From Candidatus Poribacteria bacterium (GTDB lineage: Bacteria > Poribacteria > WGA-4E > WGA-3G): DNA of 64,000 nt. The translations under genes and the position numbers were made by a program. Under the pieces are notes generated by a model. That model was not told where the DNA came from. It searched no databases and worked only from the letters and a program-made list of their open reading frames with translations. The DNA lies in assembly GCA_963668035.1 (NCBI GenBank), contig OY764073.1, positions 565 to 64,564 on the forward strand, written 5' to 3'. Positions 1 to 10,299 of this stretch are shown here, piece after piece (within the stretch, counting starts at the first letter, position 1; every line of letters begins with the position of its first letter).

Positions 1-3000
1 GTCCGAGATAGTTTGAATCTTTACGTACGCGTGCCGGCACCATCAGCAAACATCGGCGGTGTTACGTTTGGCTCCAGTGATGGAACTCTACAAAAAGAGG
101 GTCGATTAGTTTATGATTCCACTGACCTCCGTTCCGAGTTCATTAGTTACACCTTCCGATTAGAGGAGGCATTGGCTGCGACAAACTTGCCGGCATGGCC
201 CGCTTTGGAAGATAGCCTCGAACAACTTTTTGAAAGCGTTAAGCTTTACTACTCAGATGACGGCCCGAATGGGGATACGACTGGCGTTGACATGCTACCT
301 ACATTCACGGAAAATGGCGTTGTTTGGGAAGCTATGATAGATGTCACACCCGGTAATAGTTATTACTACTATTATCACGTGGAACTTGCTCATCCGCTAA
401 CGCTAACGACTCTGGATCGCGAAAAGCTCGCTAAAATGGCTACAGACGCAGCTGCCGGTGGTGTGCTTCCGACAGCATTAGATATCCTGAACGCAACGAG
501 GTCTTATCCGATTACCGAATGGTCAATGCCAGACCCCCGCAATCTTCAATTGGCGGATCGCGGCATTCTTGAGACTTTATTTGACGACGATTTCCGAACA
601 GCTCTTACAGATGTTTTAACCCCCGTACTTGCAACCGAAAGCAATAGTCAAATACCTGTAGGTGAACGGCTGTGGAACGCGGTTGCAAAAAATCGGAGGA
701 GACTTCAGAATATACTTCTGAGTAATACTGAAGAATGGACGAGGGAATTTGAGACTGCATTCGACCCGAAATTGTCTTCTGTTTTCAGTATCCCTAAAAT
801 TGATCCAGCAGCCGAATCGCTCTGGGTCGCTGAATTGACAGATATTGAGGATGGCAACTATTTCGTCGGTGCTGTTGTCCATGATGCCGATCGGAACCCG
901 TTGGATCAGATGTGGAGCGATGTTACGGTTGATACCAAAGCACCGGAAGCCGATGTTATAATAGATGAAGGCAGCGACAACACAGCCGTTTATCGAAATG
1001 GCGAGGGCGTTTATGTTGCGACTACTTTAGATTCTGGTCCTGCGACCTTGAAGGTCACGGGTGTACCAAAGGATTATGTGGGGCTGCCGATTTATGATCA
1101 GAACTTTAATCAAGGTGCGTATCTCCTTTATCAAATAGTTGGGTTGAATCCAGATGGAACACCTTACATAGGTGAAGCATCGCTGCAACGCCCCAACACT
1201 TGGATGCCGTTGACTCCGGAGTCAATTATGCTCGCCTCAGCGGTATGGGAACAAACCATAACACAACTTCTAGATCAAAATCTGCTCCCTGAGGAGATTG
1301 ATTTAGGGACAGGTCCAGTGCCTACTGAAACCTTAAAAAGTTTGGACCTTGTGAGGACGGTATTGCCGCTTCTTGCGACAGCGGACGCACTTGCCCGTCT
1401 AGAGAAGGATCCCATGATTGGCGGCGCAATTAAATCCACGGAAGAATTCTTAGGCGTGACTCTATTGGATCCTAAAGTAATGGACTTGCTCATTCAGATT
1501 TTCGGGGCAACAGTAGACATTATTGATCACATTCCGATTACTTACTCGAATCCGGATAATGAAGTGATGATGCTTGCCCAATTGAATGAAGATGTGCTTG
1601 CAGGCGACTACGGTATCCGCGCATTAGGGATTGATACGCTTTTCAATGTCAGTTCTCATACGCCACCAACGCGACTCAGAATCGTTGATTCAAGTATGCC
1701 CGAACATTATGATAAGGCAAGTGTAACGTTTGCTATAGTCGGTGATTGTAACCTTGATGGCGATACGGACGACCTCTTTGAGAGTGGTGCTATCGGTGAT
1801 GTGACGATTTTCAAGAATACCACAGAAAATGTTATGTTAACCGTTAAATTTGACCAACGCTCAGTACATCCAGTCGACGTTAGGGTGCAGTACATGGATG
1901 CAAGTGGTGCCTGGCAAGATATTGAGGTAGTCAAGTTAGATGAAGGCATGGCTGACATTCCGACGATCCTTTGGAACGTCGCTGACTTTGATGCATTAGT
2001 AGCAGCGGGCGACTCCGTAATGGTACGTGCTGTAGCCACTAACGCGCTACAACTCACCGATCCCGAACCGATGGCCGGTGCTATTAGTTTAGACGCAGGT
2101 ATCTGTCCGCTTGATCCTGAGGTTATCGCAATTACAGTGGATCCTGCCACGACTACCAATTCGGATAGCGGCGCACCACAAGGCATGCTAACCCTTAATG
2201 CCTATACGCCGAGCCGAACTTCTACGCCGATTGATTCTGTCCGCTTGGTGGCTAAAGGTCCCCAAGATGCCGAATGGACAATTGAAACCAGTGAAGCTGT
2301 TGAAAATATTGGTGGCCAAACACTGGCGGATGTCCTTGGAGACCTCGTCAACACTGTAGGACCTGACAAACCAATTCTCAATATTGATAGTAACTATCAG
2401 AAATGGGTTGTTACTATAGATACCACAGCACTGGCAGATACTATCACAGCGGATGCAGACGAAATTCAGTATGTGGTCATGGGATATGCGAACACCGATG
2501 GAACTGAAGTCCCACCGATTCCAGGCGTTGAGGCAAAGTTCTCGGTTGACAACATCGGACCCACAAAAATTACGGCTGTTGCTGATGCCAGTGGCGCACT
2601 TGAAGCAAACGAAGATGGCAGTTATTCTGTCGGCGGACTCGTGGATAAATACGACGACTCTGTCGAATCCCCAATGGTTACCTTTACTATCGACCCGGTG
2701 TCTTATCGGGGATCCTACGAAAACGTTATGATCGTAACGGATGCTGAAGGGGCTGCTATCGGAGAAGCAACCGAAGACAACGGCGTTTTTAAGATAACAG
2801 TTGATGCAGGTATACTTGCTGACGGTACCACATACTTGGGAAATGGTACCTATACCTTCCATGCTGTCGTTGTTGATGAAGACGAAGCAGAGATAGCCGA
2901 AACGGCTGGTCCCTCAGTTTCAGTAAATGTTGAAAACACTTACCGACCAGAACCTGAAATTTTGGCGATCGCAGTGGATCCCGAAAGTATTACAAAGACG

Positions 3001-6000
3001 AACCCGGATAGTGGTGCACCTCAGGGAACTATCACTGTTAACGTTTACGCGCACGAAATAAGCTCTCCGCCCACGACAAAGGTTATCGTTAAAGTCGGCA
3101 CAGACCCAAGCGATCCAGAATCCTGGACGGAGTTCGAGTCCACCGCTGAACCGACGACTACGACCGAGATTTCGGATGCAACCCTCACCGACTTCATTGG
3201 TGACTTAGCCAATACGGCAGTGAGTGAAACCGAAGCGAGTGAAGGTGGTGAAGCGACAGTCTCGATCAATCGGACTTACCAAATGTGGTCGATTGATATA
3301 GATACCAAAACACTTGACGATACCATTACTGCTGAAAGCGCTGCAGCACGCGATGCTTCTAAAGACGATAACCAATATATGGTACGTGCCGTTGCAATCG
3401 CTGAAGCAGATGAAAGTAAAAATGCTGAATCCGCAGAGGGTATTACGGCTAAGTTCTCGGTTGACAATGTTGATGATGTCCCGCCGATAGGCCCAACGAA
3501 CATCGTCAATGTTGCTGATGTGGCTGGTGATATTACAGCAACTGAAAGCGAAGATGGTATGCTTAGTTACACTGTCGGCGGAATTGTTGATGATACAGTT
3601 CCTTCACCGGTAGCGATATTTACCGCTGAACCGGCTGCTGATGCTAAGACCTATGCCTCAGTCAACTTGGTGCAAACCACTGAAGATGGCACGGAAACTG
3701 TTACCGAAGGCGAAGCCGGTGTTCTTGACATTACGATTGATGTCGGGATGCTTGAAAATGGCACTTATATGTTCCACGCTTTAGCCGTTGATGAATTCGG
3801 TAATGTACAGACCGATGAGTCGCCTCAGATAACGGTGCATGTCCTGAACTTCCGACTCGATGATGTTACGGAAAAAGCGGTCATCGCCGTTGATGGTACG
3901 GACGTTGAAGCACCCGCAGAACCGATTTCACTTCGCGAATCTGTCACTGCAAGTTTCATGGTCGCTAACGGTTCATTGGATGCTGAAGAACTCAGTGGCG
4001 CAGTAGACGGTAGTGAAATGCCGAGTGAAAGTGCTGAAGACCCCGAAAATACCTTCTCACTGATGGTAACGGTCGGCGCACTTGCAGACGGTGTCTATAC
4101 ACCACATGCTGTGGTCACAAAACGCAACGGTTCAGTTTCATTCCCTGTAGCAGAAGTGAAGGTGGATAACACCGGTCCGATGGTTAACATTGAATCACCT
4201 ACCGATGGTGATACAGTAGATAGCCTGCCGACTGTTCACGCAACCTACAACGATGGTGACGGCAGTGGTACCGACAGTGACGGTCAGGAAGTCTTACCGT
4301 GGGCAACTACGGAACTCGCTGACGGTCCGACAGTCGATATAACACGTCTCCAACCGGAACAAGGGAACACCGATGTTGAAGTTGATCAGGACGCTATTGA
4401 AACTGATAACGGTACGTTGGTTTACACCCGCACTGAGCAACTCCCCGGGGGTGCCTATAAAATAACTGTTCAAGTCGCTGATGTCCTCGGTAACGTCGGG
4501 ACAGCCTCACGCGAATTCGTTATCAACGGTACGCTCCCGACAGTCGCGATTGATTCACCGGCTGCAGGCGCAACCTTAGATCACGGTGAACCCATGATCA
4601 GTGGTGCGTTTACGGGCGTAGGAGATGTTGAAGTAACAACCTTTACTATCAATGATGTTGAAGCAACCCCAGAGGTAGATGGAAATCAATTCTCCTATAC
4701 TCCTGAGGAAGCATTGACCAATGGTGATTACACGGTTGTTGTCGCAGTCACTGACGCTGATGGCAATATGACGCAGACATCTCTCACTTTCATGGTGGAT
4801 ATACCAGAAGAACCAAAAGACACGTCGCCGCCTGTTATCTCTACAGCGGCTCCGTCTGGGCTCATTAAAATCGGTACGCATGGTGCTGTGATCACGCTTT
4901 CTGCTGTTGTGTCTGACGAACAATCCGATATTACCGTCGTGAAGTTCCGCGTGGCGGATGTGGGTGCCTCTATAGGTGATGTACCCTTCCGTTCCGTGTC
5001 AGCTGCACACATCAAAGCGGGTGAAATAAGCAGTGCGCATCTGCTTGAGCCAGGGAGTTATACGGCAGAAGTCGTTGCAACCAGCCAAGGGGGTACAACC
5101 AAATATTCATGGACCTTCAGTCTGGACTTTGATGGTGCCAAGCCTACGATCAGTTCGATCACGCCAAGCGGAACTATCCGTGCTGGACTCCCGGTCATCT
5201 CCGCGAGTGCAAGCGACGAGTCAGGTATTGATAAAATGACTATCGCTGTTATGGATAGTGCAGGTAAAGCGGTAAAAGGTAAGGCACAAAACGATTCCGA
5301 AGAAGGTGTCGAAGGTATCACCCGTTTGGATTTCAACCTTGAAGAACCTCTTGACGAGGGAACTTACACGATTGAAGTTCGGGCGACGGATACGGTTGGT
5401 AATTCTACCACTGCAAAAGGGACCTTCTCGATTGACTTTGATACCGCTGCACCGATTATTACGATGGCATCACCGCATCAGAATGCGCGTCTCGTATTGA
5501 AACCAGGCGATAAGGCACCGACAGTTTCAATCAGTTATGCCGATGCCGAATCTGGCATAAATGCTGACTCTGTCACTCTGGTTATAGAGGGTGTTGCTTC
5601 TCAATACAAGGCTACCCCGAGTGGTACGAAGATCACGCTTACGCCCCAACAGAAGTCAGCGAGCCAAGTGATGTATCCGCTTTCAGTGGATACAAAAGCG
5701 AAGCCTGAAACTTGGGCGGGCGAGTATGTCGTTCGGTTTGAAGTGGCGGATAACGCGCACTCGGAGGGCAATGTCTCTGAGAAGAACAAAGGCGCACGTG
5801 AAGCGAATAGGACAGTCCACACCTTCAGTTTCTTCCTTGAGGCTGCGGAAGGTCCAATAATGGCAGCGCGACCGCTTAACTACCCCAACCCGTTCAAAGA
5901 CAAGACTCGCATCTCCTTCACGCTGGCACGGCAAGCAACAGTCTCGATTGTCATTTATGACATGACGTTGCGTCCGGTTCGCGTGCTTGTAGATAACACC

Positions 6001-6174
6001 TTATTTGATGCCGGTCAGTATACGCTGAAAGATAACGGTTCGGATGCGATCGGTTGGGATGGAAAATCAAGCAATGGTGAAGATTTAGCTCGAGGCATTT
6101 ACTTCTGTGAAATTATCGTAACAGACGGTTTCGAGCCAGAATACGCCGTTCTCAAACTTGCACTGACGCGCTAA
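1..6174 (+). CDS. Giant acidic surface/secreted protein with Ig-like (Big) repeats and C-terminal T9SS-type A/FlgD-like sorting domain; 5' partial
   Basis: The frame is open from base 1, so the true start lies outside the window. It has many D-x-T-x-P / DG.YT..V.A.D..GN Ig-like repeats. The C-terminus NYPNPFKDKTRISFTL...IYDMTLRPVRVL...WDGK...LARGIYF is typical of secretion C-terminal domains. Confidence 0.85.
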   Translation, partial: VRDSLNLYVRVPAPSANIGGVTFGSSDGTLQKEGRLVYDSTDLRSEFISYTFRLEEALAATNLPAWPALEDSLEQLFESVKLYYSDDGPNGDTTGVDMLPTFTENGVVWEAMIDVTPGNSYYYYYHVELAHPLTLTTLDREKLAKMATDAAAGGVLPTALDILNATRSYPITEWSMPDPRNLQLADRGILETLFDDDFRTALTDVLTPVLATESNSQIPVGERLWNAVAKNRRRLQNILLSNTEEWTREFETAFDPKLSSVFSIPKIDPAAESLWVAELTDIEDGNYFVGAVVHDADRNPLDQMWSDVTVDTKAPEADVIIDEGSDNTAVYRNGEGVYVATTLDSGPATLKVTGVPKDYVGLPIYDQNFNQGAYLLYQIVGLNPDGTPYIGEASLQRPNTWMPLTPESIMLASAVWEQTITQLLDQNLLPEEIDLGTGPVPTETLKSLDLVRTVLPLLATADALARLEKDPMIGGAIKSTEEFLGVTLLDPKVMDLLIQIFGATVDIIDHIPITYSNPDNEVMMLAQLNEDVLAGDYGIRALGIDTLFNVSSHTPPTRLRIVDSSMPEHYDKASVTFAIVGDCNLDGDTDDLFESGAIGDVTIFKNTTENVMLTVKFDQRSVHPVDVRVQYMDASGAWQDIEVVKLDEGMADIPTILWNVADFDALVAAGDSVMVRAVATNALQLTDPEPMAGAISLDAGICPLDPEVIAITVDPATTTNSDSGAPQGMLTLNAYTPSRTSTPIDSVRLVAKGPQDAEWTIETSEAVENIGGQTLADVLGDLVNTVGPDKPILNIDSNYQKWVVTIDTTALADTITADADEIQYVVMGYANTDGTEVPPIPGVEAKFSVDNIGPTKITAVADASGALEANEDGSYSVGGLVDKYDDSVESPMVTFTIDPVSYRGSYENVMIVTDAEGAAIGEATEDNGVFKITVDAGILADGTTYLGNGTYTFHAVVVDEDEAEIAETAGPSVSVNVENTYRPEPEILAIAVDPESITKTNPDSGAPQGTITVNVYAHEISSPPTTKVIVKVGTDPSDPESWTEFESTAEPTTTTEISDATLTDFIGDLANTAVSETEASEGGEATVSINRTYQMWSIDIDTKTLDDTITAESAAARDASKDDNQYMVRAVAIAEADESKNAESAEGITAKFSVDNVDDVPPIGPTNIVNVADVAGDITATESEDGMLSYTVGGIVDDTVPSPVAIFTAEPAADAKTYASVNLVQTTEDGTETVTEGEAGVLDITIDVGMLENGTYMFHALAVDEFGNVQTDESPQITVHVLNFRLDDVTEKAVIAVDGTDVEAPAEPISLRESVTASFMVANGSLDAEELSGAVDGSEMPSESAEDPENTFSLMVTVGALADGVYTPHAVVTKRNGSVSFPVAEVKVDNTGPMVNIESPTDGDTVDSLPTVHATYNDGDGSGTDSDGQEVLPWATTELADGPTVDITRLQPEQGNTDVEVDQDAIETDNGTLVYTRTEQLPGGAYKITVQVADVLGNVGTASREFVINGTLPTVAIDSPAAGATLDHGEPMISGAFTGVGDVEVTTFTINDVEATPEVDGNQFSYTPEEALTNGDYTVVVAVTDADGNMTQTSLTFMVDIPEEPKDTSPPVISTAAPSGLIKIGTHGAVITLSAVVSDEQSDITVVKFRVADVGASIGDVPFRSVSAAHIKAGEISSAHLLEPGSYTAEVVATSQGGTTKYSWTFSLDFDGAKPTISSITPSGTIRAGLPVISASASDESGIDKMTIAVMDSAGKAVKGKAQNDSEEGVEGITRLDFNLEEPLDEGTYTIEVRATDTVGNSTTAKGTFSIDFDTAAPIITMASPHQNARLVLKPGDKAPTVSISYADAESGINADSVTLVIEGVASQYKATPSGTKITLTPQQKSASQVMYPLSVDTKAKPETWAGEYVVRFEVADNAHSEGNVSEKNKGAREANRTVHTFSFFLEAAEGPIMAARPLNYPNPFKDKTRISFTLARQATVSIVIYDMTLRPVRVLVDNTLFDAGQYTLKDNGSDAIGWDGKSSNGEDLARGIYFCEIIVTDGFEPEYAVLKLALTR

Positions 6175-6248
6175 GTAAATGGCAGTCCGCATATCGGGAA
6201 TTGGACATCTATCCAATTCCCGACGCGGACAGTCTTTTGGAGGATATA

Positions 6249-7247
6249 ATGTTAATGACGAAACACAATTTTAAATGGGCTTTGAGAAAATGCCCGAAAT
6301 TGTTATGCGGTTTAATACCGGTTTTATTTCTTATCCTAACGGTGTCGCCGGTCAGTTTTGCCGGAGTGGATGCTATGCCGCATTTACGGCTTGGTGCCGG
6401 TGCACGCTCAATCGGGTTAGGCGGTGCCTTCACAGCGATCGCCGATGATGCTACCGCAACTGTCTGGAACCCAGCAGGTCTCGGCTCCGCAGCGGATTTA
6501 AGTCTCAACTTTTCGACGCAACGCCTCGATTTGGATAGAAGCCACAACTTCATCGCAGTGACGAAGGCACTCGGTTCCGCTGGGTCTATCGGGCTTGCAG
6601 TTACGAACGCCGGTGTCAGTGGTATCTCACAGTATGATAAGAATGAAAATTATGGGGGCGAATTCGACTACAGCGCGAACGCCTACTCCCTCTCTTACGG
6701 CATCGGCATCGGCAACTTCAGCTTCGGGCTAACAGGACGCATGCTATCCGATAATTTCGGCTTAGACAGTGTGGAAAACCAGAGCGGTTTCGGCGGTGTA
6801 GATATCGGATTAATGGGACATGCTCTCCACATAGATGTCGGTGAAGAGAAAGTTCCGACTTTCCATTACGGCATCGCTGCTAAGTACCTCGGCGCATCCA
6901 TCGGTGATGACACTGTCCCAATGGTGGTCAATGTCGGGTTAGCTTACAACCTCTATATGGGCAATGTCGTCACATTCGCAGCGGACCTTGAACAGGAATT
7001 CGTCAATCTTGACGAGAGTGCTACGAGTCTGCGACTCGGTGCTGAATACACGCTTGTCAATTACAAATCTACTGCCTTATCCATCCGTGGCGGTGCAAAA
7101 GCTTCACGCGACACGCGGAGCCTTTTCGGTGGGTTTGGTGTGGACATAGGTGGGCTGCGGATTGACTATGCTATCCAAGATGGCATGGCGAGTGAAATCA
7201 ACGGTGCCGGATCAACGCACTTTGCTTCCCTCTCTTACAGCTTCTAG
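6249..7247 (+). CDS. PorV/PorQ-family outer-membrane beta-barrel protein
   Basis: Signal peptide, then the family signature GAGARSIGLGGAFTAIADDATATVWNPAGL and a C-terminal HFASLSYSF. GGAGGA RBS precedes ATG 6249/6255. Confidence 0.85.
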   Translation: MLMTKHNFKWALRKCPKLLCGLIPVLFLILTVSPVSFAGVDAMPHLRLGAGARSIGLGGAFTAIADDATATVWNPAGLGSAADLSLNFSTQRLDLDRSHNFIAVTKALGSAGSIGLAVTNAGVSGISQYDKNENYGGEFDYSANAYSLSYGIGIGNFSFGLTGRMLSDNFGLDSVENQSGFGGVDIGLMGHALHIDVGEEKVPTFHYGIAAKYLGASIGDDTVPMVVNVGLAYNLYMGNVVTFAADLEQEFVNLDESATSLRLGAEYTLVNYKSTALSIRGGAKASRDTRSLFGGFGVDIGGLRIDYAIQDGMASEINGAGSTHFASLSYSF

Positions 7248-7306
7248 CAGATTTTTTTGGAGGGCGCGTGCTTCGCAAGCGCGCCCCCTTAAAGGAGAAA
7301 GAAATT

Positions 7307-8167
7307 ATGAAAATTATCAAAGGCACGCTGAAGCTAACGCTGATTCTCTACATCTGCGCAGCACTCAGTGGCGTTTATGTCTTATCCGCCTCAGCACGGA
7401 TCACCCCGCACGGCGAGGGGGATGAAAGCACGATACTCATCACCATTGAAAAAGGCGATACGCTTTGGGACCTCTGCCAAGAACATCTCAAAGACCCGCT
7501 CCGCTGGCGCGAGCTGAGCAAGTATAACGACTTCACGAACCCGCACCTCATCTACCCCGGCGAAAAGTTACGTATTCCCGTGGATATGGTGAAAAATATC
7601 GTTGAACTCGCCGAAGACGAGACGGTTGTAAAGACATCTGAGCTTGAAGAGTTGCAAAACGCGTTGGAGCTGCTTGAAGAAGCACAACTGAAGCTCGCTG
7701 AAGAACAAGCAGAGCGGAAAAAGGAAGAAGAGGCTTATGCAGCTAAACTGGCTAAGCTCCAGGCAGAACTGGAAGCAGCAGCTCAGTCCAGCAAAACTAT
7801 AGGGGATCTCGAACAAGAAGTTAAAGAGAGGATAAGCGAGGTTGAGAAGGAGATTAGCAAAACCATAGGGGATCTTCAGAACGAGTTCGAACAGAAATCT
7901 GAGGAGACAGGAAAGGAACTCTCCGCCATAGAAGCGCAGCTAAAAGCAAACGGCGAACTTCTCGTCTCAATCCAAGCGGAAATGGCGAAACTCTTGAAAG
8001 AAATTGAGATCAACCAACAGGGTATTAATGAGCTGAAGAGCCTGATAATTGCAGCCGAAGGCATTCATGAGAAACCTTCTAAGGCAAAGCGCGCACTCGT
8101 CTTTCTGACGACAGCCGCCGCTGGCATCGGCTGGTTTGCTATGAATGCTATTGGTGGGCGGAAGTAA
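7307..8167 (+). CDS. LysM domain + long coiled-coil + C-terminal hydrophobic segment protein
   Basis: IEKGDTLWDL...WRELSKYN..TNPHLIYPGEKLRIP is a LysM motif, followed by E/K/L heptads and a hydrophobic tail. AAGGAG RBS precedes ATG 7307. Confidence 0.85.
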   Translation: MKIIKGTLKLTLILYICAALSGVYVLSASARITPHGEGDESTILITIEKGDTLWDLCQEHLKDPLRWRELSKYNDFTNPHLIYPGEKLRIPVDMVKNIVELAEDETVVKTSELEELQNALELLEEAQLKLAEEQAERKKEEEAYAAKLAKLQAELEAAAQSSKTIGDLEQEVKERISEVEKEISKTIGDLQNEFEQKSEETGKELSAIEAQLKANGELLVSIQAEMAKLLKEIEINQQGINELKSLIIAAEGIHEKPSKAKRALVFLTTAAAGIGWFAMNAIGGRK

Positions 8168-8198
8168 CTACTCTGCTTTTGATCCCGTATCTCGCTAT

Positions 8199-8240
8199 AA
8201 AAACAGGGTGGGTGTTTCAAACCCCTGCCCTGTTTTTTTT
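8199..8240 (+). terminator. Intrinsic terminator (possibly bidirectional)
   Basis: AAAACAGGGTGGG...CCCTGCCCTGTTTTTTTT stem-loop with a T-tract, just after the LysM gene. Confidence 0.75.
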
Positions 8241-8274
8241 ATAGCATTTGCTACCCGTTAAGGTATTTTCGTCT

Positions 8275-8847
8275 ATGTTATCAAATACCGCGAAATACCC
8301 GCAACCTCCCTTCACCCAAGCGATTGAACTTTATGGCGATAGAGCCGGCAGTAAAGGGACTTTTAAATTCGCCGGCTTCGCGTGGATACAACGCACGAAG
8401 GTCGTCCTTATCCAAGGGGACGTGCAGAGCCTAAAAAGTGCTGCTGAATGGCGATGTTTACTCCGCCTAATCGCGCTTGCACATCGCCTCAAAAAACCTA
8501 TCGTTTTGTGGGAGCTCCCTATCCTACAGATCGCAGCGGTCCAACGCAGCACTTCATTGGCTTGCGCACAAGCAATCCAGAAAACCGAATTGGAACTGCT
8601 CAAACTGCCACACCCGATCATTACCGTTTTTGATCGGACGGAGGCTCCCGAACTGATATGGAATGATGGGAGCGTCCTGATCACAGCACCTGACGCTCAA
8701 TTTTCTGAACAGCAAAACATCAGAATCGCACGGCACCCGACAGACATCGCGCCTGCAATCTTGGAACTTCTGTGTCAAGCAGAGGCGATTCCCGCCACAG
8801 AATTGATCAAAAGCCGGCGAGAATCCTTATCACGAATTTTCCGGTAG
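8275..8847 (+). CDS. Degenerate, shortened acetyl-CoA carboxylase carboxyltransferase alpha (AccA)-like protein
   Basis: ELYGDRAG, LRLIALAHRLKKPIV and AQAIQK..LLKLPHPIITV echo AccA motifs, but the DTPGA and GEGGSGGA motifs are absent. Confidence 0.55.
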   Translation: MLSNTAKYPQPPFTQAIELYGDRAGSKGTFKFAGFAWIQRTKVVLIQGDVQSLKSAAEWRCLLRLIALAHRLKKPIVLWELPILQIAAVQRSTSLACAQAIQKTELELLKLPHPIITVFDRTEAPELIWNDGSVLITAPDAQFSEQQNIRIARHPTDIAPAILELLCQAEAIPATELIKSRRESLSRIFR

Positions 8848-8875
8848 GAATCGCGACTTTGAGGAGACGTTGCAA

Positions 8876-9499
8876 ATGTTTGAAGCGAAATTAAAACCCC
8901 GCCTTGAGACGATCCTGTCTGCTATTGCCAATAAAATGGTCGCATTCGGTATTACAGCGAATATGGTAACGCTTTTCGGGTTCCTCGTGAACCTCATCGC
9001 GACCTTTTATTTCGCAACGGGACACCTGATTACCGGGGGGATCCTTATTCTGTTCGGAGGCAGTTTTGATATGATGGACGGTGCCGTTGCCCGCGCACAA
9101 AGAAACTTACGCGCCTCTGGCGCACTCTTGGATTCTGTGATTGATCGCTACTCGGAAGGTTTTCTCTTCCTCGGCGCACTCATCTATTTTTACAGTTTGG
9201 AGAGTCTGTTGGGGATAATTTTAGCGTTTGCAGCGTGGTTCGGTTCAATCCTTGTGAGTTATGTCAGAGCAAGGGCGGAGGGGCTCCAAATTACCTGTAA
9301 GGTAGGGCTCATGCAACGTCCTGAACGCATCATCCTACTCGGTACGGGGACACTAATACAAGGGGGGCTCTGGTACAAATTTCCGATTATCCAAAGCACT
9401 GGCATGATCCTGCTCTGTACGCTCGGTATTCTCACGCTCACCTCACATATTACTGCCGTTCACCGCCTGATTTTCTCCTATCACGAATTAGAGCGTTAA
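8876..9499 (+). CDS. CDP-alcohol phosphatidyltransferase (PgsA/PIP-synthase-like)
   Basis: TANMVT and DMMDGAVAR...GALLDSVIDR signature, plus SYVRARAEG and GLMQRPER. Confidence 0.9.
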   Translation: MFEAKLKPRLETILSAIANKMVAFGITANMVTLFGFLVNLIATFYFATGHLITGGILILFGGSFDMMDGAVARAQRNLRASGALLDSVIDRYSEGFLFLGALIYFYSLESLLGIILAFAAWFGSILVSYVRARAEGLQITCKVGLMQRPERIILLGTGTLIQGGLWYKFPIIQSTGMILLCTLGILTLTSHITAVHRLIFSYHELER

Positions 9500-10290
9500 C
9501 CGAGCCCAAGCAACGATATAATATCCAAATTGAACGGCTTTAGCGTAAGGTTCGTCGCGAAGACCAGCACAGTTACAACGAGAACCACTTTAATCCATTT
9601 ATCGCCTTTTTCAACTGCCCAATGGCTGCCGATCCATGCCCCCGTAGCATTCCCTAACGCTAACGTCACACCTAAGGCCCAATCAACCTGTTTGTTCATA
9701 ATAAAAATACCGAGCGCGAGCACCGTATAAGCGAGGATAACCAAAACTTTAATCGCATTCGTCTGAACGAGATCGATACCTGTCAAAAGGCGCAGAGCCG
9801 TTATAACAAGCAACCCGACACCGGCTTGAATGAAGCCCCCATAAATCCCGATAAAGAAGAATACAACCATCGCGATGACTTTAGAACCTGTCCCGCTACT
9901 TTCAATCCTGTCCTTTAACCGTGCTGTCGGGTTCAGCAATGTTAGGGCGAGCATAATCAGCATCACAGCTGCAAGAATGAATTGGAACAGGGCCGCACCC
10001 GTACCAATCGCAATTTGAGCACCGATCCCCGCCCCGATAACTGCAGGGACAGCGAGTAAGATGCCGTACCGAAAATTAGAGACCCCCTTACGCCTGAAAC
10101 CGATAATGGCACTGACGTTTTGAAAGAAAATGGCGATCCGGTTTGTGCCGTTTGCTAATATTGGATCGGAGGTAAGGAAGATAAGCATCGGAAGTGCTAA
10201 CAGGGATCCCCCAGCGGCAACCGTATTTATGAAACCGGCGCAAATACCTGTACCAAAGAGTAAAAGGGTGTGCAAAAGGTTAAAGTCCAC
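9496..10290 (-). CDS. Sulfite exporter TauE/SafE family membrane protein
   Basis: AGFINTVAAGGSLLALP, ANGTN, GIYGGFIQAGVG; multiple transmembrane segments. Confidence 0.88.
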   Translation of the reverse strand: MDFNLLHTLLLFGTGICAGFINTVAAGGSLLALPMLIFLTSDPILANGTNRIAIFFQNVSAIIGFRRKGVSNFRYGILLAVPAVIGAGIGAQIAIGTGAALFQFILAAVMLIMLALTLLNPTARLKDRIESSGTGSKVIAMVVFFFIGIYGGFIQAGVGLLVITALRLLTGIDLVQTNAIKVLVILAYTVLALGIFIMNKQVDWALGVTLALGNATGAWIGSHWAVEKGDKWIKVVLVVTVLVFATNLTLKPFNLDIISLLGLG

Positions 10291-10299
10291 TTTAGGTTT

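Noticed and set aside
616-5934. Many antisense and alternate-frame ORFs inside long genes (here and throughout the window)
   Set aside because: They are shadow ORFs with no motifs, fully overlapping well-supported genes.
7252-7290. GC hairpin between the PorV-like and LysM genes as a terminator
   Set aside because: The T-run precedes the stem on the plus strand and no U-tract follows on either strand, so it is more likely an mRNA stability or processing hairpin.
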